This document shows, one piece after another, positions 12,301 through 24,434 of a stretch of DNA of 34,800 nt. The stretch comes from Sphacelaria rigidula (taxonomy: Eukaryota). The stretch lies in the NCBI GenBank assembly GCA_964200075.2, contig CAXNAA020000023.1, positions 1 through 34,800 of the forward strand, written 5' to 3'. The position numbers and the translations under genes were made by a program. Each line of letters begins with the position of its first letter. Positions within the stretch are counted from its first letter, which is position 1. Under the pieces are notes generated by a model that was given only the letters and a program-made list of their open reading frames with translations, was not told the DNA's origin and did not search any database.

Positions 12301-15300
12301 ACGTATCCTGTGTTGGTGTTATCTTCCCGCGGATCGCACTCGCACTGAAGTCCCCGAGAACGCGCCCAACAAAAGGAAACCCCAACTCGAGGCCTGAACA
12401 CAAAATGACTCAACGCACTAGGTCGAATGCCTCGTGCTTCTCATCAACGTCAGTAGGCATCTTCCACGATCGTTGGTGGTCGTTTCCTTCTAGTGTTCTA
12501 TCGCTGATGGGTCCCTGATCTCGCTTGCATTCTCCATTGTTTTTCATGTTTTTTTTCTCTGGTATTCCGCTCAGCCGCCACCACGCGGCGGTGGTCCTCC
12601 CGGAACCGGCGATTGGGATGAGGACGCATCCAGAGGGCCGATTGCGGCGGAGGCTTCCCCCTCCAGCCGTGCCGGCGCCGCGGGCCGGGGAACACACTCC
12701 GCGGCAGGCGAGCCCGCCCGTCGTATATCCCCGGGGGCTGATCGCCCGTCCTCTGCCCCCGCGCCGACCGGTGGCGGTGATGGCGGCTTCGTGCGTTCGG
12801 GATCTGAGCGTCGCGCTACACCTACACTCGACAGCGCGGCGGTCAGGACTGACGGAAGCTCGGGGCGTCGTCCCTCCCCCGGTGCAGCTGCTTATGCCGA
12901 AGAAGGCAAGGATTACGAGAGCAAAGTCAGGAAACGCGAAAGCGGGAAGGACGGCGTTCAGAACGAGGCGGCGGCTGGCGGCGGCGGGGACGGCGGCCGC
13001 GACGATAACAACGATGTCGCCGGTGCTACTTTTGTAGGCCGCACGAAGGACCGCGCCGGCATGGATGTTGATGAGGATCATGACGTCATTCAGAACGGTG
13101 GTGGGGAATACCAGAACCGTGCGGGTGCGGGTGCCTCTACATCTCCGGTGAGGCCATCCGGAACCGACGAAATTGACGTTACTGAGGCCGACGCCATCGC
13201 CCTCGCGAGCATGAGAAACAGCGGCGGCTCCCGCGGAGCTGGCGACAAGACTGCGGCGGCGGCAGTGAAATCCCGCTCGGCGTCACGTTCCCCTGCCCCC
13301 GCTGTCAGCGGTGATCGGGGTTATGAGAAGGATGTCAGTCAGCGGCATGAGTCCGTCGGTGGATCTCGTCGCCCATCGCCGCCGCCGCCGATCAAGGCGG
13401 AAGGCGATTGTGGTCGTGATGATGATATTGCTGCTCCTTCGAAAATGACTCACGCGGCGGTGACAAAGGCGGCGACCGAAGAGACCGACTCCGACACTGA
13501 GGACGAAGTCCGCGGCGCGGACAAGATAACGAGCAAGAAACAGGCGGCTATGAAACTTCAACGTGTAGACGCCGAACAGAGTAAAGTCCTCGTTGACGTG
13601 GGCGGTAGCGACACTCGCGACGACGCAGAGGAGGAGAATCACACGAACGGGACGAACGGCGCGGCAGATGCCGCTGAAGCCACCGCTGGCGGTACCGATA
13701 CGGAGCAAGAACATACTGCCGTGCAGGGAGCAGGAGATGCCTCCGTGAGCGCGCATCAATCTGAGGATAAGGTCGGCCCTCGTGACGTCAAGTCTTCTCC
13801 GGAGGTGGTGGAGGCGATTGTAAAGAAACTACTGTCGGAACGGTAAGATTCGTCTCGTTCGCTCTTGGTGAAGAAAAATATCTCCTCTGTTTTTGCAATC
13901 AGGAGTCGTGAAGGATTCTTCCTCGGGAGTACACCTATCGACACATGTGTGACGTCGCGGATGTCGATGCTGGCCGGTGTTATTTGTAAATAGAAGGGAG
14001 CGAACGATAGTTTCCCCCGTTCGCGGTTGAATCGCCGGTGTTATATTTCATTCATTCGGACTCGTGCTTTATTATCTACTCTATTTTTGTTTTGAGGCCA
14101 CTCTATGATGATTACTGGCCCTCGAATGTTCCGAGGTTTGTCCGCATCGGAGATATTGAGGGTCTCATTTGTCCGCCAATATGGTCCGTTCCCTGTCCTC
14201 AAACGTCATCCCCATCGTCTGTTGTCGGTTGCCCCTACTTTTCAGGTCGGACGCGGAGCCAAAGGTGGCAAAATACATGCATCAAAACGGGGAGGAAAGT
14301 GACGCAAATGTGTGCATGGAAAGCCACAACAAAACCCGCAAGGCGTGGACAGAGGAGGTACCGCCTGTTTGATGCTTTCACATACTACGTAGCGAATTAT
14401 CTAGGTACCTTGGTACATACTCAAATATTGTTTCTTTTATCGATATAATTTATGTGTCCCTTTTTACTCTCCCTTTCCCCCAACCACTCCCCCCCCCCCC
14501 ACCTCCCCCTCCGCTCTCCCTTCCCTCCCACTNNNNNNNNNNCAGCGTTTTCTATAGGCCTTTTTTGTTTTGTTGTTTTTTGTGCCTTTTCTCCCCCCCC
14601 CCCCCCCCCCTTTTGTTTCACGTTCTTGGGTGCATGAGCCCTCTTTGTTTTCTTGTCGTGTCTCCTAGCTGTGTATATTCTGTGTATACAGCGTTGGAAT
14701 AATTGAGTAATTTCGTTCAGGAAATCTGTACAGGGTTCTGGCGGAATGGAATGGTGGTGGTTTGTAGGTCAACTCCCTTCCTCGCTCGTTCCCCCCGCGC
14801 GCTCAGATAAGGGGAAATGCGGCGGAATCCAAAATATGTGTGTATTATCATGCACGATAAAATGAAAATGTAGAAGAAGCCCTACCGGCACACGTTCCCA
14901 GCCTCATGGGGAGAGTTTTCTTCACCCAAGAGGCTCTTGACTTCCAACGACTAGAGGAGTGCATTGATGATTGTAGACGAAAGAGTTGTTGCCGTGCGCA
15001 CACTCTGACTTGGAAATGTAAGCACGAATGGATGCATGACTCGTATGTGGCGAAATACCAACATAATAGTGCGGTACAAAACTGCTTGTTTCACGTAGAA
15101 AATCTGTGGGAACCTCTTTTTCTTGTCTTCTTGGTGAGGAAGCTGAAGGATATCATGTCCAGCGGTGAAACCCGTCTAGCCCTCGTCCACCAATATGGTC
15201 TGGTCCGGGTTGATGTTCCAGTCCCTTCAGCTTAGTGCAAGTGTCATTCGTGAGCTTTTTGTTTTTGCGCACGAATCCAACATGCCCTCCCTAAAAATGT

Positions 15301-18300
15301 GGAGCAGTTATTTCCGCTGGGCGCTCGGGAATCGCGAATCCCCGTCCTTTTCTTTCTGTTTTTTTTTTCCTAATATTACTGCGTGGCCGGTAACTGACTT
15401 GTTTCTTGGAGAACGTCGGCACCACGGTTCCATGTTGTGATTCCGTGTGGCTTCGTTTATGGAGCAAGGAGAGTTACGAGTGGAGTGTGTAGGAGATGTC
15501 GTCCTGTCGCGCTTCTCGGTTCGGAGTAATTGTTTCCCCGTTGTTCGTACATCGGAGTAAATAATTTTCCCAACTTTTTGCCCCCCTTGTGGTATGCGTG
15601 CATTTGGCCGTTGTCTCGCGAAAACACCTCGAGGTTCTTGTGTGGTGTGTGGGTCATGTTGAACGAAAGATATGTGAGTGCCATGTAGATTTTTTGTTTT
15701 TCTCTTTCTGGTGGAGGAAGCTCCCGAAACGTGTTACTGTCGTGGTTGTACCGCTGTCTATCCCCAGGTGTTGGTGTTCACGTACGCACCTCAGCTGGCA
15801 ATCTAGCCAGCAGTGGCATGTTGAACGGCAGAGTTGGAAATGGAGATAAATAAGACCATTTGTAGAAAAAGATGTCGTCTGCGGCCGCTTCCACTCGATC
15901 CTTCGAATAAACGCTGCTGTGCACAAGTGAAAACAGGGCTGATGTTCATGTGGTGTCGTGGTGTCTTGACCCTCTGACTGCGAGGGTAAGTCGCCTGCTG
16001 AATTGGCATCAATATTCACTTGAAAAGAGTATGCGTGATGTACGAGCTGGGTCTCTCCAGACGCAGACTTGAGCTCTCAAGCCAATATCCCATCGACACA
16101 GACGAGTTGGGCCATGATCTGCATATCGTACTGATGGTCTGATCGTTGGGAAGATGGCCATGGTGCTTACAAGTGTGGGCATTCTTTTTCTCGTTGATCA
16201 AATCCTTTGTCTAGTAATCCCTATACCGTACGGAGAAAGCGTCAATACCAAAGTCCATGTGAAACCGCGAACGATATATATGGCGGATGATGACGATTTT
16301 TGGTGTGGACGTTCCCTGGAGAACGAGAAAACGATCCATACCTCCACAATTAATCTGTCCCGAGATATGGCGCACATAAGTTTCCACACTAAGAGCAATA
16401 TATTTCGAGCAGGGGCACTTGATGCACTAAATCCGGATACTGCGTCTCAGTTTTTCAGAGTCGTGATTTGAAATTCCGTTTGGAGAACCGCCACTGCATG
16501 TGAAAGGAAAAGTAATCGTTTTTCGCTTTTCTTCATTTTTTTTCTTCTTGTAATTGTCAGAAGAGTTCGAAGGAAGAATGGACAGTGCTCTTGGACCTGA
16601 TCTCAGTTTTTCAGCTTGATTTTAAGATGGAGAATTGCAAAGCCATGCCAAAGAAAATTAAAACTGGCCTTTTTTTTTTTTTTCAAGAGGTACAAGCACT
16701 GTCGTGAAAACATAGCCTTCACTATACCAAAGCGTTCTAAGCAAGTGAAGAACCATGTATATATCAACCTTTTCCCACTTGTTTTTGTCGGTTATGGCCT
16801 AGCGAGGTCCCACACAAAGATTCAAGGCTCAGGTATAAAAAACCTGGGCCTGGGCGGTAACGGCCTTGAAAACATTGTTCCGAATTTCGCCCGGCCCGGT
16901 TCCTTGATGGCCGTTTCTCATCTCAATTTTGCGAGTTAGACTTGAAAATTTGGTAGGGAGGAAGAGGAGGGCATGCCAAGACATAATCGTGCGGGACGCA
17001 AAGTTTTTTTTTTTTGGTGTAACGCTGTTTCCCTGATATCTAGATACAAATTATTGCCCTTGGAAACTTCACGTCCCTCACGACAGCGTTTTAGCGTGCC
17101 CTATTCTTCCCTACCAATCTTTGAAGTCTAACTCGCGAAATTGAGGTGAGACGGGGTCTGCAAACCACAAATTCGCGTCTCGGCCGGCCCAGCCTATGGA
17201 TGAACTACCCGCACGGCGGTCAAAGGGTTAACCTATTGACCACGAGGGCAGGTCACCTGCTGAATCGGCATCAGCTTCACTTGGAAAAAGTACGCTTGAT
17301 GTGGACGGACTATCTGCATCGCGGTCTACGGGTTAATATCCGGTTACCTTTTGTCCACCCTTCGATTCGCCTGTAGGGGTAGATGATGTGAATCAGTTCA
17401 TAAATCCTCCGAGTGAAAAATTGAAAATTTCGGAGATTCAGATTACCTGGCTGATCGGTCAAAGAGTCATTTTTCGCTTTGACCGACAGGGGTGGGTCAT
17501 CTAGTGAATCTGCATCACGTTCACTTGAATGAGGGATACAGGGTCCAGGCCGTGTCTAATCAAACTGTTTTCGACTCGAAAACATACTGTGGAACCGAAT
17601 TCCCTCGTTCCTGAGATACGTCCACGGCATTCATGTTCTCAACCATCTGAGAAAATAAATAGCGTGGATGTTTCAGAAATAAACGAGTTCGATTCGACCG
17701 CACGTTTTCGACTCGTAAACAAATTGATGAGACACTGCCTCACATGACCCACCCTAGCGGTCCACAGTGTAAACGCTGTCATTGTTCCGCGAATTTTCCC
17801 GTTACCCCGTCCCACCTGTTACGCATTACTCCGCAAGTCATGCGGTATTCTCGGGTGATTCCCTTTTTTGCTGATGATGGGCGGGTTCATCACGTGATTC
17901 CTTGCCTTTTTGAGTGGAACAGGATGTGAGAAACCTGGCGCCTAATAGTCGAATTGTCGTGTACCAGCAAGATATGTGGAAGCTACAAGAACCCCGCCCA
18001 CGTGAAATTCTTCCGCGTCTGGGCAAATGAATGTGCCGTCTCCGCTGTACACACGTGCTGTAGACACCATGTTTTGTTGGTTTCATTTGTCCTCTCATGT
18101 CCCTATAGCACCGGGCGCCTGAATGATTTATTGTTCCGAATGTTTTTTTCTCGCGACTACTCTTGGATTGAACTCGAAAGTGCTAGCTTCGGTAGATTTT
18201 GGTGAAATAAACAGATCGTCATCCCCCCCCCCCCGGTGACCAAGTTAATTTTACTTGGTGTTGTCGGGCGATACGAGTTGATACCCCGTTCATCAGGAGG

Positions 18301-21300
18301 GTGTTGTTGACCGTGAAATGCAGTTTTTCGGCTCTAGTGCAATGAGTAGGCGGAAGCGAAAAAAATCTTATACATTTCTTCTCACAAATACAATCGGGAC
18401 AGGCTCGATCGACCGAAAATATTGATGATTCAGAACCTGGGCTGGAACGTGCCAGGACCCCCGATGACCCGTCAGCCCGTAAGTCATTCAATATTGAGGA
18501 CAGACGATTTTCTCATCTAGGAATGTGGAGCGAGTATAAGTATACTTAGTTCCTCAACGTAATGAGGGGTGGCAAGCGAACGTACCTAACAAAATCGCCC
18601 ATCACGAAGGAATGACCAACATCAACAGCTCAGGCGCCCAGTACTGTAGGAGATTGAACGAGATTGCGCTGGGATGACTTGCCATGGTCGGCAAAATGCG
18701 GCTAGGGTCGTAATGATGCACATGACCCTAGTTGATTCGATTACAGTAATCTGAGGAGACGAGGCACATGAAAGAAAATTGCAACAGGATAGCAGTCCGT
18801 TTTTTTTTTTTTCCTTCATCAAGGACTGTTATCCCCAACGCCAACAATGATGAGGGTGCAGGCGACGAAGATGCTCAGAAGAACGAGGTCGTGGATGATA
18901 TGCCATGGAAAACGGTGGTATCCAGAGATCGACGCAAAGAAAGTTCGTCCGGCATCTTGCTCAAATGTATTTCGTGAAGCTCCGCGTTGTCTTCTGTCAA
19001 TTACAGAGATCGGTCTGCACCCCACTTCGGCTCCCCAAATTCATGGTTGACGCATTTTCGAAATGGCGCTGACCATAACCGTACCCCTAACCGCAACCGA
19101 GGGCGTACCGAGAAACCAAAGGCGTACCGAGAAACCAAAGGCGTACCGAGAATTCTCGGGCTGGAGAGGTGCAAGTGGTGTCCCCGACAAACTTTGCGTT
19201 GGCAAACCTCAAAATGCGTTCCGCGCACACTAAGAGCACTCGAGACTGTCAGTCCCCCTAGAGATCTGAATATCGGTGTTCCCAGTAAAATTGAGTTTCA
19301 ACAGGGCATGTGGGAGTAGGATTTGATAAATAGATTGATTGTCGCACTTTAATTGACCATCCATAAGTCCAGCCGTGGTCTCATGGTAGACGTACCCCAA
19401 AAAATAATGGGGACCTGTGTATAACTCCATATATGTAATTTAATGACAGAATATTCCACATTTGTAGTCCGTAGGGTATACCTGGAAGTGTTTTTGTTCT
19501 TTTTTCAATATTCCAAATTCGGCCTGTAGGGTATAAAGTTGGGAATCAACGGTTGGCATATCAAACCACACCAGAATGTGTGTGGAACACTCCGATACAA
19601 TCAGGCGGGGTATCGAGCCTTGTTCCGGCATGTTTCGGAAGGGTCTTGACTCAGAAAATTCCTCTCGAATACTTGTGTGAATACCCGTAAATGTCCACCC
19701 GGTCTGTATATCCTACCGAGCTTAACCTTCAATGAATCGTGTTCAAGGTTGTGTTGTGTAGGGTATGGGTATGTTCGGACGAGCTTGGCCAGCCTGGAAA
19801 GGGAATGAAGAATCTCACAGCCATGTCTCACCGACACATTGGGCCGTGATTCGCATGTCTCCTTTATCCCCGATCAAGGGGGGATGCTCAGCCATGTCTC
19901 ACCGACACGGACAAATTGGGCCGTGATCTGCATGTCTTCTTTATCCCCCGATCGAGGGGGGAATGCTCAGCCATGTCTCACCGACACGGACAAGTTGGGC
20001 CGTGATCCGCACGTCTTCTTTATCCCTTAACCCTTGCACCGCGAGGTTAGACTTCTGTTGAATCGGCATCAATTTCAACTGCAAAAAAGTATGCATGATC
20101 CAGAAAGACTAATCTCGCGGTCTAAGGGTTAATGAAGGGAAGATGCTCACCTCCCCAAAAGCGCGGACCAATTTCTTCTCGAAATACCATGTCGAGTAAT
20201 TCCTATACCGTGCAGAGATAGGGTCTATACTAGAGTCTATATGAAACCCCCAACAAAATATATCTAGCGGATAAGTTTTTTCGTATGAAAATACCCTGGA
20301 GCTCAGGGAAACGATTGATACCCTCACCTTCACCTAATTCCTTATCCATCCATGTAGATAGTAAGCGCACATGATATTTCATACTTCCCTCGATATATTA
20401 CTAGCAGAGGCACTGAGTGCACTAAATCTGGATTTCGCGTCTCAGTATTGAGGGCTGTGCTTTGAAATTTGGTATCAAGTGTCGCTAGGGCATAATTAAA
20501 ATGTTCTCTTGATTTTCTTTCATGTCTCTGCTAAACACTGTTCCGAATCTCGACCAGCCAAGGCTCTAAATCCCCCTTCTGTACCTGAATTTTGAGAGCT
20601 GGACTTTCGAAATTGGTGTGGAAAATCAACAGGGTCAGGGTTGGGTTACAGGGCACAACGAAAGATAAGCCTCGAGACGTTTTAGTGGAAAGTGGATCTT
20701 CATTTTTTCCCTCAAGTTGATTGAAAAATTCGACATTCTAGAGTTTGAAAGTCGAACTCTCCAAATTCGGGCGAAACTGGGCCTACAACCTACCAATCCG
20801 CTATTAGGCTGGCCCAGCTCGTCGGGTGTGAGATTACTTACAGAACTTACAAAACTATCGGGTACCAGTATTCAAGTCTCGGAGAAGTTACAGAACCTTT
20901 CGAGTAGGGTATGGGAGGCTTACATGAATCACAACTGTAGGGTAATGGTATGAAAGTTTTTCAAAACTGACATATCTATCAACTAGGGGTAGGGAAGTCT
21001 CAGGGAAGTACAGACCTGTCGGGTACTGATATGAAAGTCTCACAGGAATCACGAAACTATCGGGTACGAGTAATCACCCGAGAGAGTAAAGCGGGTAAAC
21101 AAACAACTGTTCCCTGCAGAAATCAACCTTGGTGCAATTCCCTGTCCTTCCAGTGGTGAAACTGACCCAGCTGGGGGATTAACTAAATACTGTCCAGCAA
21201 GATGTCCCGCGTTTTTTTTTATTGCCCATTTCCGAGATACCACACCTTTCCCTGGCAGCATCATCATCGTCTTCGAGCATACGGTCTCCCACACCCCAAC

Positions 21301-24300
21301 GAAATTACGGTGGGGACTTGCACTTTTTGAATCCTTGAATCGCTCTAGCCGCGCAGCAGTCCATACAACAAGATGCATGAGGACGCAACAGTTACCGTAA
21401 TTGCGCGAGTCATCGCACACCCCCTGGACCGAATTTGAAAGCTCGATTACTCGACAACAAGAAGAGCATCAGTTCTGAAAAGGGTAACGCTGGAAAGATG
21501 TCGTCGATAGCTGCCCGAAAACGCGTCGTTTGGTATTGGCACCTTTTTCGTCATTGAGTGCGGGCGACCAGCTTTTGCACTGGCGGCCAGAATGGGTGAT
21601 CTGTTCGTCGGCAAAGTTCACCTTCTTGTTCGAGTGTGAGTGATGCCGACTCATCAGATGATCTACCTGAGTGGTCAATAGGTCAAGCCTTTGATCCGCC
21701 AGGGTGGGTGACATGATTCTCATTTTCACCACTTGGGTGAAAATGATGCCGATTCAACATGCAGTAGTCGGCGGTCTACCTATTCATTTTGTGGCATTTT
21801 GTGATTTTTTCGTATTTGGCGATTTTCTTGGCTTCTCTTCGCTTGCCTCCCATTGTCAAATCGGCAATCTCAAGATATCTGTACCCGCTCCACAGTCTCA
21901 AGAAGAAAAAATCATCTGTACTCAATATTGAGTGACGTACCGGCTGACCGATCATGGGAAGTCCTGCCACGTCTCAGCCCAGATTCTCACTCTCCTGTAT
22001 TTTCGGCCGATCGAGCCAGTCCCGATCATATTTGTGAGAAAATGTGCAGTTTTATTTTTTTGAAATTCTGCCTACTCAGTGCACTACGGCCGAAAAACCG
22101 TGTCTCACGCTTAATAACATCCTCCTGATGAACGGGGTATTTCCTCGTTTCTCGCGATAACACCAACTGAGACGGATTCGGGCACTCTGTTTCGAAGATG
22201 ATACGTTTTACTGTGCCAAAATCTACCGACGCTAGCAATTTCGAGTTCTATCGAAGAGTAGTACGCAAGGAAAACCCTCAAACACCCCTAAATCGTTAGA
22301 CCGCCCACTACGGTATGGCAGAACCAGCCGGTCCAAATTAGGGGTCGAATTCTCATTTGTCATATCCCAAGTCATAATGGGTTGGATAGCAGAAACGAAT
22401 GACCTGACCTACCTGTCGGTCAGAGGGTCACAGCACTTGGTAGCTTGAGATATGTATCTTTCCTGTAGCAACGATCGGGTACTTTATCGAAGTATCAAGG
22501 CATGCAGGAGAATTCTAGTGCCGCACGTGAGACTAGCGTGGTGTCGAGATGTGTACCCTCTCACCTTCAAGGTGGATCATCTGGGTCTCAGTCATTTTTC
22601 GGGTGAAAGCATATCGATTTAGCGGGTGACTCACCCCGGTTAGCAAGGGACAAAGCTTGCACAACCTGGATAACGACGAAACATCACATGTTCAAGAAGT
22701 ATGATACCACGTTCAGTACGGAATCTATATTATGCTGCAATATATGCAATACAAGTAGTCGGTACAGTACGCTCTACACTTCTTGACACTGTAATGTTGG
22801 TACTGTCTGGGTTGTGTAATTTTCCACCCGAGTGATGTGTCTCGATACAACACAAAACACGAGCTATGCAGACAGGGGCCAGCGAAAATTGTGGTGGCTA
22901 CCCCGTCCACCATCCCTGTATGAACTCGATGGTCCGGCAGAGAAAGGTTCAGTTGGTGTAGCCTGGGCCCCGTCGTTCCTTTGTGGGTAGTTTCGGCTAC
23001 GTGAACCAACCGTTTTTTTTCCTATTTTGCTCTAAATCCGTCAACTGCCCAAGCCCCATGTCAAGCGAACCCTTTTTCTTCTGGTACCTAGAACACAGCA
23101 GGTCATGCGCTGCTTCACTCAGCGTGCTTGAGGCAAGTTTGTGTCGGCGGCACTACTTTTTGTGTGTACACGCCCAAAATAAAGCCTCGCAACGTGAGCA
23201 ACCGAGGAACCCATGACGGTTGCTCAAAACTGTTTCTCTCATGTTACCTAACCCCCGCCGGAGCTGGGCGATGTTGGCTCCTTGATTCCTTCATCCGACC
23301 AAATATTCTAGGGGACCTAACCAGCGATACAAATGGTCGGTTCTGTACTCCTCCAAACATCCAAGATGCGACACAAGAACTACTTGTTCTGGTACCGGAC
23401 AGAAAATGAGCGGAAGCGTAATGGAAGAAATGTCCGACTAGGTCTTGTGTTGAAAATGACCATACTCATTTCATGCTGTCCTATTGTTTCCCCCCATTTG
23501 ATGGACACGTGAAAACACAGGAGGACAGAAAGCTCGAGAAAGCCGTGGAAGCGAACAATGGTCTTGAGAACGATCCCAAGAACGGCTCGGAAGCCGACTG
23601 GGCCGCCGTCGCCAGGAAGCTCTCTACTGACCGTACGGCTGGGGAATGCCGTTCAAGGTAGACAAGCTCGCTGCTCGTGTCCTTAGTTTGTTCGTCTCTT
23701 CGTCTGTTTGCTGTATATATATATATATATACATATTATTTTTTTTCGTTTTCTTTCCCCAAGCACAACACAGTTTATTTATTTTTTCATACCTGTTTTC
23801 TGTGGCGGGACATTCATTAAAAAACATGAAGGCACAGACGAATCATCGTCGGTTCGACCCACTAAATCCACGATTTTTTAGGCCTGATTGCTCGGAAGAG
23901 AGAAGAAAATTGCCCGCTGGTCAAAAACTCTCCACGCATTTTTTGCGCCATTCCATGTGCCTGGGAAGGCGCATACCTGGGTTGCAACGCTGAAAACAAA
24001 CCCCAAGGATGGATTCGTACGGTACGAATCAATACACTAAAATCAAGTAGTTCCAGACGAGTCATGAATGCGTCCGACCGTCGGAAAGTATCCATTTGTC
24101 AAGTGCATGATGACAATTTTTCAGTCATGAACTGTTCTGCCCCCGAAAAATGCCGTCTGTGGTCTCACTAGATTTGCCAAACGGAAACACTTTTGTAGCT
24201 ATGTGGGAAGAGCTGGAGAAGAGCGTGAAAGCGAAGAGATCGCAGCTAAGAACCAGAGAGAGTTTGTTTGCTTTCCGCATCACCGTCATCAAAATTGCTG

Positions 24301-24403
24301 GCTGACTACTGGCGACTGAGTTGCCTTCGTTTTTCGCTTGCCGTGCCAACGTTGTTTTGACTTTTCTTTTTTCATGCAAAACCCTGCGCGCGCGCGCGCG
24401 TAC

Positions 24404-24434
<31 letters not shown>

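Noticed and set aside
13843-13846. In-frame stops overlapping several donors (13844, 23659, 24601, 25353) as a regulatory feature
   Set aside because: Automatic consequence of GTAA/GTAG/GTGA donors at phase-2 introns.
14900-16140. Possible decayed DDE transposase on the minus strand (DQTILVDEG*TGF)
   Set aside because: Only one weak motif among many stops; needs a translated profile search.
18219-18491. Similar peptides in ORFs 18219..18491(-) and 21853..22128(+) suggesting a gene family
   Set aside because: Explained by a non-coding inverted DNA repeat; the frames are not conserved between copies.
18823-18917. Exon-like acidic segment (NDEGAGDEDAQKNEVVDD) after a T-rich acceptor
   Set aside because: The acceptor phase does not fit the phase-0 donor at 14358, and inclusion would break Myb helix 1.
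19818-20026. CRISPR-like repeat array
   Set aside because: The whole unit repeats with no unique spacers, there are no cas genes, and the context is a eukaryotic intron.
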